Part shown: in pieces, positions 46,424 through 59,900 of the stretch
Layout of the letters: every line of letters begins with the position of its first letter
Numbering within the stretch: position 1 is the stretch's first letter
Assembly: GCA_964187785.1 (NCBI GenBank)
Contig: OZ076409.1
Coordinates: 24,616,001-24,680,000, forward strand
Source: Amphiscolops sp. MND2022
Taxonomy: Eukaryota
Reading direction: 5' to 3'
DNA: 64,000 bases
The notes under the pieces: generated by a model
Told to the model about the DNA's origin: nothing
Database searches by the model: none
What the model saw: the letters and a program-made list of their open reading frames with translations, nothing else
Position numbers and translations under genes: made by a program

Positions 46424-47582
46424 TATCATCTTGATTAACCTCAGTTGTTAGATAATTTTTTTTGAGATAACTCGAGCAAGTCTTTGCTAATCTTTGACAG
46501 TTTTGACTACCCTTTTTTCGGAGATATGGATTTTTTCGCATACGCAATTGAGTTAATGTCGAAGTAGAAAGTAACATAAAAGTGTAAACATTGATAAACA
46601 TACCTGTCTCTATGCTTGTCGACTTGCTGGTTGAGGAAACCATTGCAGATAAAATGCTTCATGAAGAAAAAACGATAAAGATGACGTTAATTGAGATTCA
46701 AGCACCACTGTTTTACCCTTAACACTCAGCTTGCAACTCTTTTGGTATTGTGGATTTATTTTGAGAAACCGCTTGGAATTGAGAAAACGTTAATTGACAA
46801 AAGTTTTGGTCTTTTCATCAGCCCAACACCCCCTCTCTCCTCCACACAGTAGGCGCTGAAAAGATAATTTACAGCCCCATTTTACACAGTCTAATGGCAG
46901 CAGCGAAATTTATGCAGCGAAACTAGCAGCGAAAATTATGGTTTTGCTGAAATTTCAGTGTCTGAAATTCTAAAATCAGGTGAACGCTTAACTCAGATTA
47001 TCTACCAACAAATCTAATCGGATTGTTTCATAATTTTAAACTACGCCAGCAATTGCGCTAACTGGATAATTGTTTAAATGAATTTCTATTGGTGAAGTTT
47101 GAATTAAGAAGAATTTAAAATTTTATATTTTTAAAAGTTTCTTGGTGAATTTCAGTCATCACTGAGCCCTGAACGCCGGTTTTTGTTAAATTTAGAGCGT
47201 AAAACTTCCTTTTTGAAGCAAAGTCGTATTCACTTTGAATCGATCAAGCTATGATCTGGTTTGAAAATAGTGTCCTTTGCAAATTTAAGAAACTTTGTTT
47301 TTTGAAACTTGAGCGGAGCACCCCGACTTGGGCAGGTCCTGGCTTCTTCATTACTCTCGTTGACTCAACCCGTATTGGAATCCCAAGGGTTCCCATGCAT
47401 AGCCATTGATGCACCCATCCACCCATTGTCCATCCCTGAGGTTATATAGGAGGCTCAGACCGCATCGATGGCCCATGAATGGGCTGCCCTGGGATACCAA
47501 CCCGGGAAACATTGCGATGCGTTGTGAAACAGATGAGCTTGTAGAGAACACGAACAAAACAAATATTGAGATGATTATAACA

Positions 47583-48060
47583 AACAAGCCGGGAACGGCA
47601 TAAGTCGGCGCCATATCTAAGGCTCGAAAATCGCAAAAGGACATAAAAGTGTCAAAAAACTCAAGTATCAAACTCACAAAAAAAGCATCAAACTCACAAA
47701 AAACCCAAACGACCGAATTGGCGCGCCAGGTGACCGCTAGTACGGGCCGTTGGCGCGCTAAAACGGGGACCCTTTTGCATTTCTTAACATCCGTTGTAGC
47801 AGAACATCAAAAAACCAAGGGGGGCCCTTTGGTGAAAAAAAATTCCAAAAAAAGTCTCACATTGTCGAAACAACAGAAAGGGGGGACTCTCTAGTCTCTC
47901 CCGGTATTGTATGTTACGCGGAAAAAAAGGAAAAACATTTTTGGTTCAGTCGCTAGGCCTTTTTCGTAGAACTTTTAAGAACTATTTTGATCAGTTGAAA
48001 AAATTGAAAAAAGAGTCACTATAATAGTCGCGTTTCACTTCAAGAAGCGCCGGCTAAAAA
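47583..48060 (-). mobile_element. Helentron-type repeat
   Basis: AACAAGCCGGGAACGGCATAAGTCGGCGCCATATCTAAGGCTC ... GAAGCGCCGGCTAAAAA. Confidence 0.8.
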
Positions 48061-48214
48061 CCCATGCCAACTGACAACGCTTGTCTCAGGTTGAGATATT
48101 GAGTAAACTAAGAATGGAGATCTGCTCAGAACAATGGCTTCCTTCGGTTAACAAATTTGTTTTGTTTTGAGCCTTACTTCACGTGAGTTGGACTAGTAAA
48201 TAAACTTGCATGAT

Positions 48215-50152
48215 AGTCACGACCATCTCCAGTTCGATGCTTTACCAGCCACGAGGGCATCGACCGATTCCCTAAAAACCTCGGGCACAGCAGAAACTTT
48301 CGAAGATAGTGAGTAATTTTATCCTTTACTTACAATACAGCCAAATAAAGCATAAAGAATTTTTCGGGACAATAAAGGCTAGAGTAAGAACAACGTAATA
48401 TTTTTAATAATGATTTTGATCTAGCTAAAACTTCCAGTCTAGTTTGTTCTACGCGTGATCATTTTTACTTCCGGTTCTAGCAGCGCTAGTAACCCGTGTT
48501 TCTCTTTTTACGGACCGATAGCGTCGCCCCTTGGTTGAGATATTTTCGCTCTGGCCAATAAGAATGCTTTTATCGTGACGTCACCAACCAAGAGAATCAA
48601 TTCGCACTCCTACGCACTCCGCATTCATTCCGTCTACCGCTGTTTAGCTATAGTTAATCTTAATACGTAAGGAGACGTTGCGGAACGAATTGTAAGGTTG
48701 TAACTACGGAATAAAGCTTCAAGATATTTTTGAATAGGATCTCTCCAAAGGGACGATACGTTAAGAGCACTTTAGAAATAGGATTTTGTGTCAAAGTTGT
48801 TATGTAAGAAAGAATCGTGAAGCTATATCTGTAATCCTAATAATGTTCGAGTTTACAACACAACACTAATCATGAAGTTCAGCTATCTCAAGTTGTAAAT
48901 AATTGTTTTCAAGAGAATGAATATGCACTACGAAGGTAAACTACAATTTAGTAATTTTTCTAAAAATGCAACGTAAGTTCGTTGTTTTTAATTGTACAAG
49001 TTGTGAATCTATTTCCCAATATGAATATGTCAATGAGAGAAACTTGCCATGACATTCCACTTTTTTACGTTATGTTCCTGGATGCAGATAACACTGCTAA
49101 TTTCATTCAAGTTTGTATTGATCAATATGACTTTTATGTGAATTTTAAGGACACCTTTAATCCGAATTTCTGTTGGGTCCTTAATACAAAATAATGCAAT
49201 GATAACGTGTGATATTTTTTGGGTTTTAGATGTTAGTTTCCAATTTTCAGTTGTTATTCACAATGAGTGTAAGTTGTCGTTTCAGCATCATTTGTAACTT
49301 TTCACCAGTTCTCGAATATTTGTTGCTTTCAAAATCATTTACTACGTTTCAGCTGTGTTGCCAATTTTGCGTGTCATACTTTTGTCTTAACTTTCAAAAA
49401 TCGCAACTTGGAAGTTGACTAGTTGATCACAACGGCGTACTTTTGTTGATGTTAACATTGAGCAGACTTTCATTTTGCCGCCATTTCAAGTCCAAATGAT
49501 CTCAACAAATTCTATGGAAGGGTGACGCATCTAGGAATTTTGATAGATGATTATTTGACGCGGGACTGAGACAATTAGGAATATTAAGGTTTTTTAGTGA
49601 ACAAACTCAATTTTTTTATCTAGGAATTTTTAGGAGAAGAACAAATGATGCTAGGAAAGTGTAAATATGTAAGCGAAACATGTAAATTTTAGTCACAACT
49701 ATTATGTCGAACCCTCCGTTAAAAAAACGTAAAAGCTTTCTATTAAGAGTTCACTAAACTCTCAAGATCTGTGCCGTGCCTACTAAACAATGGCAACTAG
49801 AAGTCAGAAGAGAAAAACGTAGTTGAGCTGGTATCATCAGCGGAATTTTAAGCTTCTGTTGCTGAATATAGTCAACCTGAGAATCTAAAAAAAGGACCCA
49901 GCAAATCCCCTAAACTTCTAGATGAGATAAAATCATCCTTGAGAAAAGAAATAATGATCGGCCTGACAAAAATATTAGCTGAAAACCAAAAAGAGATGTC
50001 GAGACATATAGCTGCTGCTGTTAGGAAAACGACAATCCACCAAAATATGAAAGACTCCAATTCCGAAACAGAAAATAACCATACATCAGTATTAACACCT
50101 ACAAAATCAAAAGCGACTACTTCTAAAATTACTCCGATAAGTAGCCGTAACA
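48215..50152 (+). mobile_element. Solo LTR (~1.94 kb) of a second long-LTR family, with a degenerate gag-like N-terminus at its 3' end
   Basis: Termini aGTCACG...CGTAACA flanked by a 5-bp direct repeat ATGAT (48210-48214, 50153-50157). ATG GCA ACT AGA (MATRSQKRK) at 49790 leads via disrupted frames to ...TPISSRN at the LTR end. Confidence 0.65.
48467..48584. promoter_or_regulatory. Cluster of promoter-like motifs in the solo LTR
   Basis: ETS-type ACTTCCGG (48467), CCAAT (~48555) and CRE palindrome GTGACGTCAC (48575-48584). Confidence 0.35.
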
Positions 50153-51549
50153 ATGATCAAAACCATAATGCGCATCCACTGAAGCTCTTTAAGTAGCAAC
50201 TTTTGTACCGAGTAGGGAATCCCCATGTTGGACAGTCCCTGTACAGATCCTGACAGATTTTCAGATTTTCCAGGATTCGTCGAAAATTATCTAGTCATAA
50301 AAACAGTTTTGAAATTGAAAAAGGTTGATTAAAATGTGCTCTACAAGATGAACACACTCTTCCAATTGAAGTTTTCAAAATGTTCATTGCGAATCTGTAC
50401 AGATCTGTACAGATCCTCACCGATATTCCGGAAATTGTCAAAAATTCACAATGCGAAAATGATCGATAAGTTACTCTAACGCATTCCAAGATTCCAGCAA
50501 TTACTAAAACTACTCCAGCAAACCATGTTCCGGAAACATTACAACTACAGCACTTTATCAACACATCTACCAACCCACCCAGACAGTGGTCACAGGTCTA
50601 ATTACATCTGCCAAAACGAAGTCAATGAGCGAAGGCAAACGAGCCTCTCGAAGATGGAAATTTCCTAAAAACCAATTTTGAAAAGTTCAAGTGAATTGGA
50701 TAAATTATCGTGTAAGAACCAATACCGAACATTCCCCAGACAACAAAATAACCGAGTTGGAGACAAGCTTTCCTGCTAGAGAGTTTTGAGTGATGGAGAG
50801 TTTCAACTGACTGAATCTTGGTCAGCTAAAAAACTTGTTGATGAAGCCCAAAATTTAAAAACACAGTTTCATTAGGTCCGGAAAAAAGTTCCCTATAAAA
50901 TCTGTACAGAAAATTTTTGAACATTTGTAAAGATCCTTGCAGATCTGCAGTTGTCCTTACGTAGCTGTGGCACAATCTTTACAGATCCTCAAAGAAACTT
51001 GGCACACAGATCTGTACAGATTCTGAAGTAAAGCTCAACATGGCGGTTATTTATTTCCTGTTTTTTCAACACTGGGAAGAGGAGAGCATTAACTTGGGAT
51101 TGAATCCATTTAAATTGTACTTTTATTTTTCTCCTTTGAAGTTGTTTTGAAAACCGTTTTGTCTAATTTGTATGAAAATGCACAAGCACAATCAGATTTA
51201 ACAATGTCGAGTTATCCATAAAAGGCATTTTGAATTACAACAAAAGTTACAACATTACAATTTTCACTCTGTTGTTGTGTGTCATTTGTGTCACCCTTGG
51301 GGAGATGATAATTGCTAGAAAGAAAACAAAAACAAGTTTAAAATTTAATTGTCTTTAGAGGGTTATTCTAGAGTTTTAAAACGTTTTGACACTAAATTGA
51401 TCTCCCTTGAAATTTGTTTCAGCACTGGGCGACTTTCGAATGTTTTTTTTTTTCAAATAGTTCCCACGTTTCATTGTTTTTCATGTGTAAGAACGTTGAG
51501 CGGAGATGAACGAATCGTTTGAAAAGAAACTGTATTTCAGTTTTCCAAC

Positions 51550-52620
51550 ACCACAATGTTGATCTCAATTTTTTAGCCGAAGAGTTTCTTTTTGGCTTCA
51601 CTTTTTTTGGCTCTTTTCCACCTTTCCTGCATTAGCCACTTCTCTTTTTAAAACCGTCATTTCCGCGGAAATGCTTTCAGTCACGAATTGGGTTGTGTAT
51701 CTGGTTTCTCCCGTGATTCTTTACTTTCTCTTTTCGAAGAGTCCAGTCTTTTGCCCTGGTTTCTGCTTGTTCCTAACAAATATGGTGTGGTCCCCATCCT
51801 GGGGAAGTTCTCAAGCTTTTGCAGCTTCACATACGGTCGATACTAAACCATGCAATTTTTAATACAACTTAACAATAACTGATATCACAGTACTTGGTCT
51901 TCTGACAGTTTGCTTCTTCAACGGTGTTTCCATCATTACGCCTCCTGCTCTTTAGTGCGCTGACTAGCTTTTAGAAACATTTGTTGTGCAATTGAATCAA
52001 AGTTTCGGGGTTTGATGGTCTTACATCGGGCGAACTATAAACAATGTGCCTTGTACCGAATTCCTCCCTTAACTGTTTACATGAATGAAGATGCCTTGAA
52101 GAGTTGCTTGTCCAGGACGTACAGTTTGTGGATTCCGTGAAGATATTTTGTAGGCTTCTCATTCCTGTACTTCTCAAATATTTTAACGTGAGATCTTCCT
52201 CATTTTTATAAGATATTTCGTATTTTCTGCGGCCCCAGGGAAAGGTCAAATAAAATCTAATGCCATTTCTTTGTTCTCTCTTTTTGTCATTCTGATAGTT
52301 CCCAATTCACTTCACTTTCATTTCATTTTAACAATCTTACCAGCTTTCTATCAAATTTTACGGTCTCCATCAATTATCTGCTATTTTGCAATTACAATGC
52401 CTACTGACCCAGCATCCCGACTCTGCCGGGATTTCCACAGTGGTACTGTTATATACTGCCAGATTTTTAAACTTTGGGATTACTAGTCTGTTTTAGGTGA
52501 GATCACTGAACAGGTATCTGAACATTTTTTCTCATTTCGAACTAAAATGGTATCTCTTCTGAGAACTGTGTCCCTGGCGTTGTGTAGTCTTGTGTCCGCC
52601 ATATAGTTTTCCATATGAGC
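51550..52620 (-). pseudogene. Very old Gypsy (Mag-like) integrase remnant
   Basis: Minus-strand fragments HCGNPGRVGML (cf. HYGHPG of integrase) and EMALDFI*PF (cf. ELAIDFAGPF in the 4967-5248 ORF). Boundaries approximate. Confidence 0.45.
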
Positions 52621-55600
52621 ATGTCATCCGTAACTTTTATGAAATTTTTTTTTGATTTTGGGAGTGTAAAAACTGAGAGGATTTTCCTCAACTTACGAAA
52701 TAGAATAATTTCGTCCGGTAGATTTAAAAAAAACCAAACGATGCAACTAGATGTGTTGATTGCTTTAAAAAAGAAACTCGCTGGTTCCTTCAGAGAAAAC
52801 TACTACGGAATGACAGTCAATAAACGAAATATTCGAATGCTTCAAGTTTTTGATTTTTTACAGCAAATTTTCGTGAAACCTAGCAATTTAGTGGGTTACA
52901 ATTCTTTCAGATTATCTCTTCCATGGACTTGAACGCTGAGACAAAAAACATTTCAAATAGCTGTTCAATAGAGAATGTTAGTTGGATAAAGTTCCTCATA
53001 AATGTTGACGAAAAGTCAAAATTTGCGAGTTATTCCGAAAGTTAGACAACATACTCCCATTTTCGGACAGCTTTGGAAGGATTTTTCGAAAACAGAAGAA
53101 TCAGCAGACTCAGCATTGGAACATGTAATAATGAACGGTAGCAATTGAACAGCATTATCCGCAAAAATAACATGAAATTTTATCGAAAACGTAAAAACAC
53201 ATTTTTACCCCTGTTTGCCAAAATGAAGAAAATTAAGTAACAGCTGTACGTTTTTGAAAAAACAATTGTGCACTTTTTTAGATAGCAGATACCTCAGAAT
53301 GACTCAAAATCCCTTTTAACGCTTTTATCCAATTTTTCGTTCAAATAACGAAAGAACTCGTGGATGAGAAAATGTAAACATTCAGCAACGACTAAACCTG
53401 TGTCCAGTAGGCATTTTGGAGGAGATATCTGTTGTTTCTGGTTAAAAACTGTGCCTAAAAATAACGCAAAAGTAGTCAAAATTATCTTGGGTATACGCAA
53501 AGTTCAAAAACAAATGTGGTAGTTAACGTGTTCTTAAATTGAGCGTTGCGCATCTAAATGGAATCAGATGAACAAAAAGTGTCAAACTTTTCATTTCTTC
53601 AAACTTCTTTGCATTTCAAATGGCTACCTATTAGCCTCGAAACTTCGTCGTTGGTAAAACCGTTTGTGATGGAAATTTACCCACTGATGAGCGGGCCTCT
53701 TGGTGAGACGTTTACCGTGCTTTTGTTCTCCTATCAGTTTCTGTCTTCTTTTCAGAAGATTCCTTAACTTTTTGTTGCTTACGGTAAAAATTGATATGGT
53801 TGGTGTACCGTTCCGGAGTAGGATCCAATTACTTTTGTGTTTTTTGATTTCATATTCTCCAATATTTCTTGTTCTTTGTCGTTAATCGCTTTAACGCGTT
53901 CCTCCTATAGGTGACCCCCCAACTGTTCATCTTCCGTTTTGGCTAGTTATGACTTGTCTTCTTTTAGAGGATAGTTTACTACTATATATGTTTTTTAAAA
54001 ACTCCGTTAAAAAATGAACTCCGGAATGAAATTTTCGGAACTTAAAGATGGAGGATGCAGTTTATGGGCGGTAAAATGATGTTGAACAAGTTCGTATCCC
54101 AGCTGGAAATTATTAACATATTTTCCTACAAAATGCACGACTTCTCGCGGAAAAGCAAAAACTGGAATAGCTCGAAAAAACAACATTCTATTGATCCTCC
54201 AGCATTTAATTTAATGACTTTTTGGCCCCTGCAGCTTTCTTCTCTAATGATTCAGTCCCGCGATACATTAAACCCCGCAAAAACTTCAAAGCAGGCGCCA
54301 CGTGAAAGTAGAAATTACGAAACCAAAATAAAAATTTTATATCGGGGAAAGTTTTCCCGCTATGCTTCAGATAAATTTCCCTCAATTATGGAGTTCATCT
54401 TCGTAATGAATTTGATTAATTCAGCATCTCATTATTTGAAAGCGTGACGATTCTTCGGCAAAATCATGCCACGCGGAGCCGTTCTGCGATTAGCCTAAGA
54501 TAACGTCACGATATTACCCCGCGCGTCGTTATTGAAAATATGTAAAATAGTGTGTATGTACTTGCTATAAATCAAGAAATTCAATAATTGAATTTCAATT
54601 GAAGTCTTTCGGACAACTTCGGCTATTTTGGGCACAAGAAACGCTGCCGCTTTTAATAAACACAAAAAACACCGTACTGTACTGTGTGGTGCCGGCACTA
54701 TTTTATATACAATTTTACTGCAGCAACTACTGAATATAATTTACCCTAAAATATCTAAACATATACTCTTTTTTAACATAATGATAATAATTTAATTTAT
54801 AAGAAGGCAGTACAATAAGGGTTGTAGAAAAATATATTTATTTTTCGACTCAAACAAATAAAATACAATATTTTAAATTTTGAATAATTTTTAGAAGAAA
54901 TGTTTTATATAGCAATGCTTACACAATTTACACAGAAATGCTGACGATCAAAGAAAACTAGTGTTGCCAAGGCATTTCGAACAACAAGTCTTCATATTTG
55001 CTAACAAACGTTTATGGAACATTAAAAATGTCGACAACGTTGATGCTAAAATTGGATGAATATATTTTTTTACAATGAAAATACCTATTTTTGAGGGAGT
55101 CATATTCATAAAAGTATTTTTCTTCCAAAATATATTTAAATTTATTTTTTTACAACCCTGAGTACAATACAGTGTATAATGAATAAGAGTTTTCATTGGA
55201 ACACAAAATTAACAGAAAAGATCCAAAAGCAGTTTTATTTTTTTTGGTTTTTGTAATTTCTAAAATACAATAACATTGTTTTTAACGTATAATTATTGGG
55301 TTTACGTTTTTCTTGCTTCAATCCTTTTCGGTAGTCATTTTCCCCTATATTTTCAAACAGTCAATAAAAAATCCTTTTCTGTCACTATTTTGTTCACTTC
55401 GAAGATAAGAGCTTCTAAAACCAAAGTATAAATGAAGCAACAGAATGCAAAGTATTATGTTGAAGAAGACAACTCTAAATCAAAGGAGACTTGTTGTCTG
55501 TTTTGATTTAGTATAAGTTCAATTAATGAAGGCAAGCAAGCATATCGATGCTTTTGCACCAATACCTAAAAGATGATTTCAACTGAGATACTTTTTAAAT

Positions 55601-56960
55601 TGAAAAATCGTCTAATTTTTGTTTTGAGGCAATTTGACTTTCAATTTAGTTACTGCTCAGCTTCCAGCTTCAACAAACTCGATTGCATTTGTTATTATTC
55701 CGGTTAGAACTTCCTAAATACCTTCCTTATGCGGTCATTTTTGAAATCAGGGGTGTTTCGTTTTCAGGTATAATCCTTACTGTAGTAATGGAATAGTTAT
55801 TATGGAATGTATTTATATTATATATAGAAATTCGGAAAACTGATTGAAAAAACCCAAGCATAAACTGTCAAAAATGAAAACTTGCGCTTTCTCTAGGGAC
55901 AATTTTGGGACATTTCCATTTTGAACATCTTTTCGGAAAACTCAAATTTCCACGTAAATCATAAGCTACAAACCTCTTTTTTATCTTCAAATTCAGTTAA
56001 GAACCACTTCCTTTGAATATACACTTGGAACACATGAAAAAAACATAAACACCGCTGAGAGATTATTTCTCTGTCAGATGCAGAGGTCAAACTGTCGATC
56101 ATAGACATAATCTGAGAGTTGTCTAGTACATAGGTACAAACAAACTCTAATTTAATGTTGACCTATTTATGTTTACATATAGAGTATCATTGTATTGTGA
56201 AAACCACGTATAATACAGTTGAATAAAAGATACTTCTTCACCGCTGTTTTAAACTTAGCCTTAGCGATCTTAACATTCTCTTCCTTTACGGAAATGAGAG
56301 CAACTCTATAAAGTAGATAATAACTCAATTTTTGTCTTCATTTCGAAAGTTTGTAATCAAACATTTATTTACATTAGAGTAATTAACGATATTTCAAGAA
56401 ACTTCAATTGAAAAAAATCAAAATCGATTGTCTCGAGAGCAGCCAAGAGAAATTTTGTGAAAATTTTTATTCCACCCCCACCCGATAACACCAATATATT
56501 CAAATTTCGCGGTGAACTTGGAAGTCCAGAAACCTCGAACTCTTTTAAATACAATTACTTTTTGCATCTAATCTCCACAACAATCAAGGCTCAGACTGCT
56601 CAGATTCTTACGCGTTTAGATTTCTTTTTTTTCTTATACGGAAATAGTTTTAGGACAAAGCGACGCTCATGTTCCCTACTCTGTAATCGATCAACGGTTA
56701 AAATTCGGTGAAAAAGTGTGAAAAAGCAGATTATGTATAAAAAATGCCGGTTGAGCGCCGGGTACGTTTTGGCCATGAATTAACTCAACAACTACATCTT
56801 TACATACACATAACGTATGCCAACAACAGCATTCGAAACTTTGAAAACGTTCACAATTTGAGAAATGTGACACTTTTTGGTTCATTTTTAGCGTTTTTCG
56901 AATTAAACCTGCATTTTTATTCGGCACTTTCTGTGAAAGAAACTCAAAACTTTTGCAGTT

Positions 56961-59900
56961 TGTAATTGACCAATGGATAAGTAAGAAGTTGAATTAAAAA
57001 CTAGAATCTCAACAATAATGTACGTTGAAGATTTGTGTGTACTATACGATCAACTGTATCAAAACGTAGCACCGGCACTAAATGTTCTGTGGTAGGAATG
57101 TTTCTATGGCAGGTACTTTGAACCTAAATGGCCATATGAATGACATCTTCGTCTCATTCCCCCTTCTGCAGTTAGGGAAACCAGTCCTGACTTCCGGAGG
57201 GTTTCTTGGCAGTTTGTCCCGTTTGTGTGCCCTCTTTCTTTAGTCTCGGAAAGGGAGTTGTAAGGAATCTACGAAGTGGGCTGGGGATGGTTTCTAAACG
57301 CCCAATATTAGTAATACTCTACCCCCCTGGTTTCTCGGTTCGTCTAGCGCCCTTTATCCTATCTGATCTACGAAGATCACTTGATTGTTCAAATGTTACT
57401 TTATTATTTTTCATCTTTGTCTCTTTAATGTCAGTTTTACCTTTTTCTTTGTTTGCTTTTTCCGTTTCCGATTAACCTTTGGCGATAACGGTTGCGCGTA
57501 TCGGTGTGGTCTGTTGGTCGTCTTCCCTCTGTAACGGACGCGAACCGTGGCTGGTACCACATTGGATCGGTGTGGTAGGCAGCGGTGTATTTGCTTCGGG
57601 TGCGTTGTTTTCTTTTGGTTGTGTTTCTTCTACGGTGGGATTTTGTTCTTCGTGCTGTTCGTCACCTCGTGTAGCGGCTTGTGGTTCGTGAGGGTCCGTT
57701 TCTGCATGAGCTGTGGTAAGGTCACCATATGTGGATCGTTTCTGCGGCATTGTCGGTAGGGTGTAACTACTACACGGTTCTTGCGGGCTTTTTGGAATTC
57801 CATATACTCTTTTATGTGTGTCGCAGAATTCTCCTTGGCAGAATTTCCCTCATCTGCGACATCTGTTTGTTGGCTTTCGTCTTTCTTCCGGATTTCTTGA
57901 AAGCTGAACTTTTATCGGTTTTGACGCTAGTTTTTTTGTGTATTGTTTTCCTTTCAGATGTAGTTATAGTATGTTTAGTTTTTTTACTGCCGTTAATAAT
58001 TTTTTAGTTTTGAATCTGCATTTCAAAGCGTTCGATTTGTTTTCCTTTTCAAAAAACTGGTACTGTTTATATTCCGGGCTTACCGATCTAGCTCTTTTCT
58101 TCGAATCGTTTAGGACAATGTAATCAGCCATTTCTCCTGAATCGTTTATGGTAAACGTTTGGAGCTCCGTTGGTTGTGCTGAAATGTAATTGTTTATTGT
58201 CTTTTTCCAATTAGACAAGAGACATTCAGGTAGTCCGATTAAATTAGTTATCGCCGTGCGAGGTTTTCGTCCGAAATGCAACTGGAACGGCGTCATGTTT
58301 AATTTACTATGGTGAGTTTGTCTGATCGTTTCAATTGCTAAGTTTCCACTCTCTTCAAATATTAAGCCGTCCTTGAATTCGTTACTTTTAAAACAACTAC
58401 CGTTGTCGGTACGGATACTTCGTGGCGTTCCGTTATCTGAACAATATTTCGTTAAAGTTTTAAAACTGTCCGTGAATCGGTATTTTTACAATTTTCGGCC
58501 GTTGGCCATTTACTAAATCGATCGACGGCCACACAAAATTTACACGTCGCCGCAAGTCTTTGATTTTATTGGACCAGCGAAATCCAATTGAATTTCTTGA
58601 TTTGACTCGGACAAATTTTCTAGCTTGTTTTTCTCCGTGGTCGGTAATTGTGTTACGAGATTCTTACCTGAGGCTCTGCAACTAGGGCAGTGTTCTGCTT
58701 TCTCTCGGTTTTCTTGGTAAATGCCGGGCCACGAGAAGGCTGCCGCTAATTGATCCGTTTTAGTCGCAGACGGGTGTCATTGATAGAGCATGGCAATGAT
58801 TGTTGTCCGCATATTTTCGGGTAAAATGATCTTGTCGTTGTAGAAGAGAAGATCGAATCTGGTAGTTAGATGACTTCCATGTGGACGATACGGGTAGAAT
58901 ATGTCTTCGGGCTGATTCTTTTCGAGGGCAGCAATGGCGCTCAAAATCTTTACGTCCCTCGCCGTCTCATCCACGAGCATCGGTAGATCGAGAGCGAAAT
59001 ATTTCTCTGCTCTTTTGATTGTTTCCTCTGTATGTTCATTTTGTTCGTCGTCCATTTTATTTGTTTTGACCGTCTGTTTCAGTCTGATCAGGTTGACGTT
59101 TCATGCTTGCGGAACTTCTTGAGTGTGTTGGTGGGGCATTTCTCCTGTCAAATGTTGCTCACTTGACTCTCATTGTCAGATAAGTTTTGAATGATCCATG
59201 ACTCGTGATTATTTTGTTGGTATTCTTTCAGCGGTGTTGTTCCCAAGGTTCCACAAAAGTGGAAGAAGCGATCGTATATTTGAATGTTTAGTTCCACTAT
59301 CTGTTTCCGAGCTTGCTGTGTGAGCCGATATTCTTGTAGTCGTTCATGGTTGCTTCCTTTCCTAACTATTCTTGTCTTTTCCGTCTTTAGGAGTCTTTGT
59401 TTCTCCGTCCAGAGTCGGTAGGTATCCGGGGAAAGGCCTCTTTTTTGGTAAATAAATTGCATATCGATGCCGTTGACTTTGTCCATTTTAGTATCTGGTG
59501 CGGATTGATTGAGATTTAAAAGTTTTATCGATGAAGTTGGATTAACACCGTTCGATTGTAGTGAGGCTTCGAGCGAATGACTTTGTTTGTTCTGTTCACG
59601 CTTGCGTGTATCGTGCTGTGATTGGTTACTTTTTTGTCTCGATTTGGTTCGTTGCGTGAATCTCTTTATGCTTCCGTTCGTTTGAATAAAATCGAATAAG
59701 CCGTGTATTTGATTTATCACGAATTCTTCTTCGAATTCCGTTTCGGTTTGAACCCTTACGTCATTTTCCGTTTCGTTCTCAGCGGTGTTTACGATCGGAT
59801 AATGCTTTTTCCAGCAGTATACTGTACGTTTACATCGAAGTGGCTCAATCTATCTAACCACCGTGTTTGCCTAGCGCTATACTGTTTGTGCGCCCTATTT

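Noticed and set aside
52700..56950. Short ORFs in the AT-rich stretch
   Set aside because: No recognisable motifs or consistent exon structure; treated as intergenic or decayed repeat.
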